Of a stretch of DNA of 64,000 nucleotides, positions 26,453 through 39,245 are shown one piece after another; position 1 is the first letter of the stretch, and each line of letters begins with the position of its first letter. This stretch comes from Scyliorhinus canicula (lineage: Eukaryota), in the NCBI RefSeq assembly GCF_902713615.1, contig NC_052163.1, forward strand, positions 48,842,878 to 48,906,877, read 5' to 3'. Made by a program: the position numbers and the translations under genes. The notes beneath the pieces are model-generated. The model did no database searches. It was not told the origin of the DNA and was given only the letters and a program-made list of their open reading frames with translations.

Positions 26453-27120
26453 GTTTTTTTCAATAAATATTTTTATTCTCCTCCTTTCTCACATTTTCAT
26501 CATATTTACAACAACAAATAATTAATAATAACAATGGATACAATGGCAATCCACTCGCCAACAATCCCCTCATTCCCACCCACCCTCAAACAACTCCCAA
26601 CATTTTGAATACAAAACACCAATGAAAAAGAATCATCAATAACTTATAAAATTCAACCCTCCCACCCTAATGTTCGATGTCATCCAATTCATGAAAATGC
26701 ACGATGAACATGGCCCATAAGTTGTAGATCTCTTCCATCCTCCCCCTCAACTTGAACTTTACTTTCTCGAGTGTGAGGATCTCCAGCACATCCCCCCCGC
26801 CACGCCGAGGCACAGGGCTGAGAAACTGACCTCCACCCAAATATAATCCGCCTTCGGGAAATCAGTGAGGCGAAAGCTAAGACATCTGCCCCCGCACCCG
26901 CTTCCAACCCCAGCTGACCTGATACCCCGAATATAGCTTCTAGGGGACCTGATTCGAGTCTCACGTGCACCACCCTTGAGATTATCCTAAAGACCTCCTT
27001 CCAATACCCCTCCAGTTTTGGGCAGGACCAAAATGATTTCCGGGGCCCCCACCACAGCGTTCGCAAACATCCTCCACCCCCGCAAAAAGTCGACTCAACC
27101 TCACCCTTGTGAGGTGCCTT
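26453..27120 (-). mobile_element. 5'-truncated L1-clade LINE (ORF2 C-terminus and 3' UTR)
   Basis: ORF 26689-27159 FWSCPKL…AIFGVS…ADVLAFASL, homologous to 9969-10217. T-rich tail at 26453. Confidence 0.85.
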
Positions 27121-28049
27121 AATACCACTCATAATATCACTCTGCTTCTTCACAATCACCCAAGCAACATGACAGTGAAATGGTGCTGAGTCAGTTTTAT
27201 GAGAAGGGATTATACAAACTAGGGGTGTATTCCCTAGAATTTAGAAGGTTAAATGGTTATTTGATCATTTAAGAAGCATTTAGATGAGCACTTGAAACAC
27301 CATAGCACACAAGGTTATGGACCACGTGCTGGAAAATGGGATGAGAATAGATAGGTGCTGGATGGATGGCACAGACATGATGGGCCGATGGGTCTCTCTC
27401 TGTACTGTAAAACTCTCAGACTCTATGAATGGATTTAAAAATCTTTTATGAAAGGAAATTCATAAAACAAATGTGTTTCTCCTCCTGTAAAGATAATTAC
27501 ACCAATGAGATGCACTACATTCTGCCTGGTTGTTTCTGAGTGAGTTACTAAGACTTACTGTTCAAATCCAGGTTTCATGAAAACAGCTGGATATTTTTAA
27601 CATCATGCAGTTTGTGACTTAGCAGAGAAATGGAACAGATGGCTCTCTCATTCTTTGGTATGATTGGAGTGATGTTTTCTGTTTCTGTGTATTTTCTGTC
27701 AAGCTGGGTTTGAGGCAGAGAGCTGCGTACATTAATCATTGTACTTCACAACTCTTGTTGAAAATATTATTATCTTGTGTATGAACATTGGAATTTTGTT
27801 TCAGTTACGAATACCAAACCACAAAGCACTTAACACCAAACAATGATATGGAATTGAAAGAAAGGTATTGAGGGGTATGGCTGGCTGGGCCAGCTTTTAT
27901 TACCCATCCTTAATTGCCCGTCACCGATGTGACTTGCTCGGCCATTTCAGAGTTAACCACATTGCTGTGGGTTTGGAAGCACATGCAGGCCAGACAAGGC
28001 AAGGATGGCAGATCTCCTTCCCCAAAAGGCATCAGTGAACTAGGTGAGC

Positions 28050-29263
28050 TTTTTAAAAAAGTATTTTTAATAAGGTTTTGCAGAATTTTTCATAATAAAA
28101 CAGTAGTAACCAGAATAACAAAACAAACTAGAGTGAATATTAACATAGTGTAAAAAGAGAATATACAATAACAATTAAATAGACATTACCCCACGCGACC
28201 CAGTCTTCCCACACCATCCCAATGAAGCACTCATTCCACCCCCCCCCCGTCCCCCCTCCCGACACCCCCCCCCCACGGATTGCTGCTGCTGACATTTTAA
28301 TTTTCCCCGAGAAAGTCGACGAACGGCTGCCACCTCCGAGAGAACCCTAGCGTAGACCCTCTTAAGGCAAACTTTATTTTCTCGAGGCTGAGAAACCCAG
28401 CCATGTCGTTAGCCCAAGTCTGTACACTCGGGGGCTTCAAGTCCCTCCACATTAATGAAATCCGTCTCCGGGCTACTCGGGAGGCAAAGGCCAAGACGTC
28501 GGCCCCTTTCGCCCCCTGAACTCCCGGGTCTTCTGGCACTCCAAAGATCGCTATCTCTGGACTCGGCACCACCGTGTGTTAAGCACCTTGGACATTGCCT
28601 TCGCAAACCCTTGCCAGAACTCTCTAAACTCAGGGCATGCCCAAAACATGTGGACATGGTTTGCAGGGCTGCCCTTGCACCTCATACAACTGTCTTCTAC
28701 CCGAAAAAACTTGCTCATTCTCGCTGCCGTCATGTGTGCCCAGTGGACCACCTTAAATCGAATTAGACTGAGCTTGGCACATGATGATGAGGAATTAACC
28801 CTGCCCAGGACCTCTGCCCACAGACCCGCTTTCAACTCCTCACCTAGCTCCTCCTCCCATTTCCCTTGAGCTCCTCCACCTGGGTTTCCTCCGCCTCCTG
28901 TAGTTCCTGGTAGATATCTGGCACCTTCCCCTCCCCCACCCAGGTGCTGGAGACCACCCTGTCCTGTATCCTCAGTGGTGGCAGCTTCGGAAAGGCCACT
29001 ACCTGTTTTTGTCAGGAAGGCTCGTATATGCAGATATTTAAAGGCGTTTACTGGTGGCAGATTAAATTTATCCTCTAGCGCCTTCAAACTGGGAAAGCTT
29101 CCGTCTATGAACAGATCTCCCATCCTTCTAATGCCTACCGTCTGCCAGCTCTGGAACCCACCATCCATCCTACCCGGAACAAACCTGTGGTTGGTCCATA
29201 TCGGGGTCCAGACCGACGCTCCCTCCACCTTCTTGTACCTCCTCCACTGTCCCCAGATCCGCA
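28050..29263 (-). mobile_element. 5'-truncated L1-clade LINE
   Basis: ORF 28551-29228 with zinc knuckle CMRC…NHVHMFWACP; ORF 28297-28572 ADVLAFAS…LEKIKF. Confidence 0.88.
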
Positions 29264-29999
29264 GTGTAGAACTAGGTAAGTTTTAATGACAATTGTTTCA
29301 CAGTCCAGATTTGTAACCAAATGCAAATTTCACCATCTGCCACCCCCTCCCCCCCTGACCAGACAGTGAGGTGGCTAAAACCTCATATTGGAAAACCATC
29401 CTTACCTAAATTGAGGCCCTTAAGTGATCAATAAACGGCTACTTAAGGACCGTTTCCTGTTCAGGATGGGGGGGGGGGGAGAGGGGGGGTTGTCTCCATC
29501 AGAAGCTCCGTTCTGATTGGCGGCGGCCTCTCCTTTAGGCTGGGTGTGACCTTCAGACCGCCCTTCCCCCTGACCCCTCCTCTGAGATCCTGATCGCCCC
29601 CTTCACAACTCCCCCAAAGCCTTCCCTAACCGCCCTGGGATCCCTTACACTTTTCTTGGGCTCCAGCTCTGGCACTCAGGCAGTTTGGTGTAGTTTACCT
29701 TCTGTCCACTGCAGCGCTGCAGAGACCGGGGAGCTGCCAGCCAATTAGTTTGTCCCGAGTAAGGGGCGTAAGTTCTGCTTGCAGCCAATCAGTGCTCATT
29801 TGAGTGTTAACTGGCATTCAGAGTCAGCAGGGATGTCTTCCTCACTGACCCATTGGATAGCCGGAGGGGAGCCCCCGGCCATGGAAAAAATTCCGGCTTG
29901 TGATTGAACCAGACTCACAGCTTTGATGTTTGACCCTGAACTGTCATTCCAACTCATACATCCATTGCTAAGCCCAGATATCTCCAGCTCTGTAAAAAC

Positions 30000-30710
30000 A
30001 CCTGATTCACCCCTTTTAGCTCATCAAAACACCCTAATTCATTTCTTTGTTACCTCTAGACTTGGAACCCCTGGCCAACATTCCATCTTTCATTAGGCTT
30101 GAGGTCATTCAAACTTAGTTGATTGTGTCCTAACTAGAACCAAGTCCGGTTCACTCATCGCCCCTGTGCAGCTCTCCAATGTGCACTGGCTCCCAGTTTA
30201 GTAAGGCCTGGATTTTAAAACTCTGAGCCTTGTTTTCAGATCCCTCAATGACGTTGCCCCTCTATATCTTTGTAACCTCTTCCAGCCCTAAAACCTCCAA
30301 GATATCTGGAGGGCGGTGGAGTGGGCCTCGGTAGGGTGCTCTTTCGGAAGGTCAGTGCAGACACGATGGGAGGAATGGCCTCCTTCTGAACTGTAGGGAT
30401 TCTAAGATCTGCTTTGCTCCAATTCTGGCCTCTTGTGCATCTCCGATTTAAATCACTCCGCCATTAGTGGCTGAGTCATTGGCTGCGTTAGCTCCTGGCT
30501 CAGGAATTCCTTCTCTACACTTCTTTCCCATTCCAGCTTTCCTTTTTCCTTTTGGTACGCTGCTTAAAATCTACCTCTTTGACCAAGCTTTTGATTACCT
30601 GCCCGAATATCCCCTTATCTGACTCAATGTCAGGTTTTGTTTGGTAACACTCCTGCAAAGCACCTTGGCCATTTCACTCTGTTAAAGGTGCTGGATAAAC
30701 ACAAGTTGCT
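30000..30710 (+). mobile_element. L2-clade LINE 3' fragment
   Basis: Decayed LIH.FVTSRL…LHWLPV…LDFK.L.LVF.SL..APLYL motifs typical of the L2 ORF2 C-terminus. Interrupted by a SINE tail near 30310-30405. Confidence 0.7.
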
Positions 30711-30972
30711 GACAATAGGCCCCCTCCTTGTTTACACAGCGCTTTTTTTTCCAAATGTGATTAATACCCTGAGGCACCCTGGGAATGAGCTTAACCGTTT
30801 CATTGTTTCTAGTTACAGTACAAAGCTGCAACGTATTTTCAAATCAAACAATATTCTTAATCAAAAATGATTGAATCAAATCCAGTGCTATGTATTTGTG
30901 GACACGTACAGGGTAGCTTACAATTTCCCTTTTTGAGGGTGATGAAATCACCTTCTGATCCTGCAGCTTTAT

Positions 30973-31528
30973 TCATAGAATCCCTACAGTGCAGAAGGAG
31001 GCCATTTGGCCCATTGAGTTTGCACCAACCCTCCGAAAGAGAATCCTACCTAGGCCAATGTCCCCACCTTGTAATCCCACCTACCCTTTTTGGATACTTA
31101 GGGGCAATTTAGCATGGGCAATCCACTAACCTCTTCATAAATAAATTTAGAATACCCAATTCATTTTTTCCAATTAAAGGGCAATTTTAGCGTGGCCAAT
31201 CCACCTAGCCTGCACATCTTTTGGGTTGTGGGGGGTGAAACCTGCGCAAACGTGGGAGAATGTGAAAACTCCACAAGGACAGTGACACAGGGCTGGGATC
31301 AAACCTGGGACCTCCGGCGTCATGAGGCAGCAGTACTAACCATTGCGCCACCGTGCTGCCCTGTCAATCCACTCACCTGCACATTTGTGGACTGTGGGAC
31401 GACACTGGAGCACTTGGAGGAAACACAGGGGGAATATGCACACAGACAGTCACCCAGCCGGGAATTGAACCTGGAACCCTGGCACTGTGAAGCAGCAGTG
31501 CTGACCACTGTGCCACCGTGTCGCCCCC
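30973..31528 (-). mobile_element. HE1-like SINE with a short A-tailed SINE nested at about 31138-31361
   Basis: Outer SINE is split around an inner SINE; caatccact.acct is repeated on both sides of the insert. Confidence 0.8.
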
Positions 31529-31889
31529 CCACCAGTTTTAGTTGTTCATATTGATGTTCTAAGCTACTCAACAATGCTTGAACCCTCCAGAGTATGAATA
31601 AACAATACACCATTGCTACCAAGTGGAGGCCGGGTCATTGAATGTATTCAAGGCTGAGCTAGACAGATTTCTGATCTACAAGGGAGTCCAAGGGAGCAGA
31701 AAGGAAAAGTGAGTTGATGCCATAATCGTATCAGCCATGATCTTATTGAATGGAAGAACAGGCTGACGGGGCCAAATGGCCTACTCCTTCTATTTTGTAA
31801 CGTTCTTATCTGGACAATGAGGCACACAGGTTAACAACTTCACAGTATTTCTCCGATATTGCACATACTTTTCCATCAGGAGTGAGCTC

Positions 31890-32740
31890 TAACCAACCAA
31901 ACCCACGTGTTCTGGGCGTGTCCCAGGCTTGTCAGGTTCGGGACAGCCTTCTTCGAGCAATGTTTAAGGTTGTGGGGTGAGGATGGCGACGTGCCCAAGA
32001 GTGACAGTTTTCACGGTAACGGACCAGCCAGAACTATTTATGGGGAAGAGGGCCAACGCCCTAGCCTTTGCTTCCCTAATCGCCAGCTCGAGAATCCTGC
32101 TCAGCTGGCGATCAGCAGCATCACCCACATCTTCAGACTGGCTGGCAGACCTGTCGGAATTTCTCCACCTGGAAAAGATCTGATTCGCAATCTGAGGGTC
32201 AGAGAAGGGCTTCCACTAGACTTGGAGGCCATTCACCAACTTGCTCCAGGACCTGTTCGAGGCCAACAGCCAATAGAGCAAGGGGAGGGAGGGTTTGCAA
32301 TGGAGCCAACAAGACTGCAGGGGACAGACAGGGGGTTAAAGGGAGGTGGGGGGAGGCCAGAGAGAGAGAAGGCGGAGGCTGGAGAACAGCCAAAATGGAT
32401 ATCAGGGGGCTAGAGCAAGGAACGGAACCCCCAAGGAAACACCGAAAATAAGTTAGGGGCGGGGGGATGTGGGGGGGAAAAGCAGAGTGGGGCCAAATGA
32501 CAAAGCGGGGGAGGGGAAAGCACCGCATGCATGTAAATTGAGGATAACTGCTCACTGTATAATAAGTGACATAAGAAAAGATCTTAAAACAACAAAAGGA
32601 GGGGGTGCGTGTGGGGAACCAAGGAGGGGAGGGGTGCTGTCGATATCAAGGAAAACATCTTATATATTGTACCCGATGAACATACCTTTGTTGATTGTAG
32701 TGCATAAATTAAAAACGTTAATAAAAACATTTTCAAAAAA
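31890..32740 (+). mobile_element. 5'-truncated L1-clade LINE 3' end
   Basis: HVFWACPRL…ANALAFASLIA…EFLHLEKI, followed by AATAAA and an A-tail near 32720-32740. Confidence 0.82.
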
Positions 32741-32815
32741 CAAGGATTGAGCTCTAACCATTTGTAAATCATTTGTAATTAACTTAGAAAGCTTTCCTGA
32801 ATTAACCTTCAACTA

Positions 32816-32930
32816 GTTTGCGTGGGTTTCACCCCCACAACCCAAAAGATGTGCAGGATAGGTGGATTGGCCACGCTAAATTGCCCCTTAATTGGAAAAG
32901 ATAATTGGGTACTCTAAATTTAAAAAAAAA
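32816..32930 (+). mobile_element. 5'-truncated short A-tailed SINE with 12-bp TSD
   Basis: TSD aaccttcaacta at 32804 and 32931. Confidence 0.85.
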
Positions 32931-33094
32931 AACCTTCAACTAAACTTTTATTGCCAAAATGTCCAATCTCTCATTAGATCCGGAGATTAATTTTTACTTC
33001 TACACCCTCACAAGCACTGATATCTTATACCCAATTCAATCATTCTGGATTTTGTTCATGTATGACAAAATATTTGACTGCTGAACAATAGAAA

Positions 33095-33760
33095 CAACCA
33101 CAACTTATTTGATATAACAGGAACGCTATGAAATGAAATATGACATGAAGTCACAAAAATAAATATTGGGTCAGGTGACCAAAGGTTCGCTCAGAGAGAT
33201 AGGTTTTAAGGAGTGTTTCGAAGGAGGAAAGTGAGGCGGTGTGAACGGGCGGGGACGGGGGTCGGGGGAGGTCCAGAGCTTGAGGCCGAGGCAAATGAAG
33301 GCAAGGACACCAATGGTAAAGTGATTAAAATTGGGAATGTGCAAGAGGCCAGGGTTAGAAGAGTGCAGATGGCTCCGAGGGATTTGTAGCTGGAGGAGAT
33401 TGCAGGGATAGGGAGGGGCGAGACCATGAAGTGATCCAAAAACAAGGATGAGAATTTTAAAATGAGCCCATTGCTTGGCTGCATGCCGATGTAGGCGGCA
33501 AACACAAGGTTTGAGGTAAATGGGACTTGGTGCGAATTAAGACATGAGCAGCAGAGTTTTGAACGACTTCAAGTTGACAGAAGTGGGAGATCATCCAGTA
33601 GTACACTGGAATAGTCAAGATTAAAGACAATGAAGGCTTGAATGAGAATTTCTGCAGAAGATCAGCTGAAACAAGGGTAACATCAGGGATGTTCCAGAGA
33701 TGGAAATAATGATGGCAGATGAAGCTGGATGGTCATCTCAGGGTCAGATATGACATCAAG
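33095..33760 (-). mobile_element. L2-clade LINE 3' fragment
   Basis: Reverse complement resembles 30000-30710 (ttttaaaattctcatccttgttttt…ctcgcccctccctatc). Confidence 0.6.
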
Positions 33761-34651
33761 GGAAGGATTTTCTGGCTGTTTCTGGTGGGACCCTCTGTTC
33801 CTCCGAAATCGACCCCCTGCTGCGGGTTCACTGCTGGTCGATGGTGTGAACAACGGGAAACCCCATTAACAATAAAGTGATGTGAGCGTGGGAGAGGCTG
33901 TGTTTTCAAGAGCTCTGGCTCTGCTCATCTTTTAATCCGTCTTTTCATTCTTGCACATTTCGCTTTTGTCTTTTCTTGGTTTACATAGTTTGTACTATCT
34001 CCCGAGAGTTGTTGGTTGTTATTTTTGCATCAGGGAGCCGAGGCAAAATGTTTAAATCCTTGCTTGTTTGTAGTGGCTGGAAGGGGTTGGGGTGGGGCCC
34101 TGATGTTATGGCGCAGTTGCTTTTGAGCATGCTCCCACACTGACGGTGCAGTGTACATCAACGGCTGATGGCTGCCAAAGAAGGAGCTGTTCTGGCTGGA
34201 AATTTCTGCTCCACAGTCCAGTCTTCATGGCCCAGTCCCAAGAGTTGTGGGTGTTTTTATGGATGCACTTGGTGCACACGAGGAGGTTCAAGCAGTAGAG
34301 AGAGCACTTTCCCTGGTGGGAGTCCGCCTCGATACAGTTGAGTTCCTGCTGAATGATCTGTTGTCCACCCTGACGGATCTGGGAGTGACAGAGGGGTAAC
34401 GGGAGAGGTGTACCACTCAACCCGGTCCTTGAGGTGAAGTAGTGGGGAGGGTCCCGACTGAGATCAAGAATTGGGTGCCATGTTTTGGGAATTTCGATCT
34501 GCAGGCTGGACATATTAAATTCAATGGAGCACATTGAATCCTGTCTTCAAGGCCTGGGGTTGGTTTGCCCTTCAGACCACTGGTTCTGAATTGTCCTGTC
34601 CAGATTTTAGTCATGATGAGTTGGAGGTGGCAGAACCAGTCGAGTCACGCT

Positions 34652-34690
<39 letters not shown>

Positions 34691-34917
34691 TACCAAACCC
34701 CCAGCCAGAGTCCAGATTGTTGACTACATGGGTTCTGGTGAGATAGAATGGTGGAAGTAATTGTGTCTCGTTCTTTGACCATTGGCATCCTTGAGAGATT
34801 CTGAAGAGTGCTCATTGATCGTGATCCTGCCTCATCCTTGATTTTTGCTTTCTTCATGCACCACTGAAGAAGTCTTTATCCTGAGGCTTGCCCTGCACCT
34901 CAATCGTTATCGTTATT

Positions 34918-35275
34918 GGGCAGCATGGTACCATTGTGGATAGCACAATTGCTTCATAGCTCCAGGGTCCCAGGTTCGAATCCGGCTTGGGTCACTGTCT
35001 GTGCGGAGTCTGCACATCCTCCCCGGGTGTGCGTGGGTTTCCTCCGGGTGCTCCGGTTTCCTCCCACAGTCCAAAGATGTGCAGGTTAGGTGGATTGGCC
35101 ATGATAAATTTCTCTTGGTGTCCAAATTTGCCCTTAGTGTTGGGTGGGGTTACTGGGTTATGGGGATAGGGTGGAGGTGTTGACCTTGGGTAGGGTGCTC
35201 TTTCCAAGAGCCGGTGCAGATTCGATGGGCCGAATGGCCTCCTTCTGAACTGTAAATTCTATGATAATCTATGAT
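34918..35275 (+). mobile_element. HE1-like SINE (long tail)
   Basis: Complete head, core and tail. Confidence 0.9.
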
Positions 35276-38206
35276 CCTGAACTTTGCTCCCTGTTGATCA
35301 TGTTGTTGTCTGCTTGATGGTGTCAATTTGTTCCTTTTACAGGGAAGTGTACAATGTGGGTGTGATGACCTGTACCATTGGTTTTCCTGATTTAACGACT
35401 CATATCAAGTTAATCCGAATGTTAAGTCTAAACGTATTTGTGCCTTATAGTGTCTGATAATCCTTGTGTGGTCTCTCCCCCACCCCGTCTCATTTAGAAG
35501 GAAGATGAGTGGAGCTGGAGTGGGGTGAGAAGTGGAAGGTTGGGGTTGATGGGGTCGGTTTGTCCTCACTATGACTGAGGCAGGTCCTCCCCACCGTTAG
35601 AGCTAATCAGTTCTGTTTTTTTCACTCTTGTTTAATTTTGATTTTGAGCAACTGTACTTTTATCCTTTATGGGCCCAGGCACACTGTTCTCCCATAGCTC
35701 TGGGGTTCCTGTCTATTATTTTCCTCTGTTATTTCCTTTGAAGTGATGTGATGTAACTCTGTGGTGTTGTTGGTATCCTGGTGCAGACAATCTTGTGTCT
35801 GTGAAGGGAACATGTCCGTGACACACCCTGTCTTGTTTGTTCCTATGCTTGCAGTGATCCCTGCTCTACATTGATACCTATGGATTTTTTTCTCATTTTC
35901 TTTTGTCTTGCTGTGATATTTGTGAACACTTGAAAAATTCAATTAAAATATATTGAATAAAAAACCTTTTATCGTGAACTAAATGTCTTAATACACTCTG
36001 TGGTCTGGATCTTCCAGTCTCTGGACCATTGCACAACAGACCTTCCCCCCCAACTTGTGCTACAGGATCCCTTGCAGGTCCCAGTGCATGATTCCAACTT
36101 ACTTACCTGAACAGTTAGCCAGGAGGTGTTAGACAAAGAATCCTGGGTAACTTCTGGGTAACGACACAACTGACCCTCCAATAACTTAATGAACGCCTGC
36201 CTCCCCACCATGATCTCCCAACTACATCCTGACCCCCTGAATAAACGCCTGAATTTCCTGACTTCCCCCTCAATCACCTCCACCTAAGTCCCATCACCCG
36301 TTTTGGCCCCTGATTCCTCCCTCCGACCTCCCTGACTCACCGCCAAACCCCAGCTCCCCTATGGCATGAACTCACCCCACCTCAGAACCCTACTCAGCTT
36401 CAAATTCACCCACTCGCTACCCTGGCTCCTTACCCAGTGACATCACCAACAGCACCCTCTTACCTACTTACCTTCTCTCCGTAGCTTTTCATGGAAGCTT
36501 GGGACATTTAAGCTCTTTACTTACCAGACTACGGCAGCTAGTGCTGTGAAAGTGAGACATGGCATTCCCTTTGCTGGAGCCTCCGAGGTTTTCTGAACTG
36601 AGTGCGTTTGGAAGGAACCTCCATCAGAAGATTCCCCAGAAAAATTGGAGGAAGTTAAGTGAGCATTTTGTGCCTGACCGACCCTGATCAGAATGTTTGG
36701 ACCAATGTCTAAGAAGTGATTATGCAGAGAAATAAACAACCCTACCCCACATTTCCTCTGAGGAGAGGTGTAAACATTGTTGATCTTTCGATTTTGTCGC
36801 TCTGTACAAATTATGAGGGATAGCTCAAAATCTTTATAGGTCCCAAGTCATGTATAACTGTTCAAGATAATTCAATATGGCATGGTGAAAGTTATTGTGA
36901 ACAAGATCCCCAGGAAACACAGTACAAAATATCAAAAACAAGAGTAAGCATGAAATTCTTAATATTTCATTGTGTAATTTTCCTGCAGTAAAATATTGGC
37001 ATGTTTTTGGATAAATGTAATTCTGGAAATTCTTAATTTTACAGTAAATGTAATCAAAATGATGTTTAACCAGCAGTTAATGATTGACTCTAGTTAGAAG
37101 GCAGATGGCTTCTGATTTGTATCTCATGTTTGGATTGATCTGATACACATGAGTCATGATGAATGTTATTCAAGGGAGGCAAATCAAATTTCATGTCTCT
37201 CCATAAAATGTTCCATTTATACTCTATGCTAGATGAGTATTTCCAATTACATCAATTTTAAACGCAGACAATACTGGTGTGTAATTTCTGCTTCTGATTA
37301 TGTGAACCATTATTTCTCACAGTGCCTTCTTTTTCTGATGATGTGATCCCCATGAAGTACAAAAAGTATGTTGTGGAAATGGTACTAAGGAGCAAATGAG
37401 TGGATTTTTGTCCATTATTGAGGCATGTGTTTGACTACACATTGGTCAGCAAAATGATATGGTAAGAAGCTGCTAGAAAGACCTTTGAAATTGAATCAGA
37501 GTTTGGTGGAGCAATTTGATTAAAATGGTTAGGATAATTAGTGAAACAATAAAATTAGCAGTCAAGAGATAATGTTGACACTAAGACATCTTTGAGGGTT
37601 GGGGAAATGCCCTGACTAAAATAATGGTTAGTTTCCTATCCTATTGGTATTTTCCCCTCAAAATGGCAGAAGTAAATTGATACCTGAAGGAACCATAATT
37701 TTTATTTATCTCCTTAATATATAAATATTATACTTGATATTGGGATTCCCAAGGACTGATATCTGTGATTGAGGTGAGACAACAATTTTCATCAATAATG
37801 TTTCAGTCTGAGGGTTTACACTACATCCAGTGCTGGATAAAAACTTGAGTTTGATTTAAGAGCTTTCAAAGTGTTTAATTAGATCTCAAAGTGTTTAATT
37901 CGGTCTGATTTTAACGACAGACATTACTCAGATGTGAACTGCTGGGGTGTTGTTAGCTAAGATTATTGGATTATTTCATGTGAAACTGTGTCCTATTTGG
38001 GTGAAAATGTATTTACTTGCTTACTTTAATAATTTAAGTTCAAAATTGCAGGGGCTAACTTATTATGTCCTGCATTTCTGAGATTTAAATTTTAGCGCAC
38101 TAAAGCTACGTTACAATAAAAGTAAATTAGTGTGGATGCTGGAATATGAAACCAAAGACCTGAAAGTGGCAGAGATAAAGAGGAAGCCAGTAGCTCAACA
38201 GGATTC

Positions 38207-38478
38207 TGTGATGAATGTATAACCTATAAATCCACACTGTATATTACTGTGCCCCTGTGGGCTCCATCTGTGAGCTGTTGCGCGGCTCTGCCTTCAGGGG
38301 GAGATGAGGAGCATGTACAGGGCTCTGCCCTTGGCTCCACCCCCAGCAGGAAGTATAAAATGCTGCGGTCTTGCGAGCCTGCCTTCAGTTCAGTTAGTCG
38401 CAGGCAGGCTCAGTTGGAAGTCGATTAAAGCCACAGTTTACTTCACTTGTGTCTATGAATGAATTGATGGTCGCATCA
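38207..38478 (+). mobile_element. Solo LTR of a related Gypsy subfamily
   Basis: tgtgatgaat…gatggtcgcatca termini, perfect 5-bp TSD gattc, TATAAAA near 38354, ATTAAA near 38424. Confidence 0.9.
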
Positions 38479-39245
38479 GATTCACAGCAGGGGAACTGTT
38501 ATAACCCCATTCGAAACCTGAGCTGAGAAATGTAGGTTATAATCCTACAGCCTTTCCTGCCGGCGGAATCTTCCAGGTTCCGTAAAAGTCGACCCCGCCG
38601 CGGGTTTCCCAATGGCGGCACGGGCGAGGAATGTAATTGCCATCGACTTTACCAGCACCAGGGGATCCCGCTGGCAGCCGATGGTGAGCTGCCTCCGCCG
38701 TGGGTAAGTTCACCGTAGGGAGGTTGGAGAATTCCTCCTGCAGTTTCTAGTAGTTTATATTTGATAACATTTGTTATCGGCAGGAAAGGGTTTAATTTAA
38801 TCAGCACTCGTTTCTCCTCTTACCACTCATTCGTAAACAGAAAGGTGCTTTCATTTGCTTGCCTTTTTAGAAGTGGTGGTGTATTTCCCAATCCTTTGGT
38901 TTTAGTGGAATCCAATTTCTATTAATAATCCCACAGCAATCTTGAGATAGGATGAACTCAAAACTCAGGAGGAGGGTCACAACATTTCCTCTTTTACATC
39001 CATACAGTAAAAGAGAGACAAAGAATGGAAAGATTTACAATGCAGAGACAACAGAGAAAATAAACGTTGGTCAAAATTTTCTGTCCTCGTACATGGCTGG
39101 GATTTTTTTGGTGCTGCTGAGAGTGAATGGAGTTTTGGCTAGAACAACAAATTTTCTGTTCTCGCTCGCAACGGGTCAAGCCATGGGTGAGACCGGAGAA
39201 TCTCGCCCATTGTTTCACATGGGTTCCAGAGCCTAGAATCAACGA

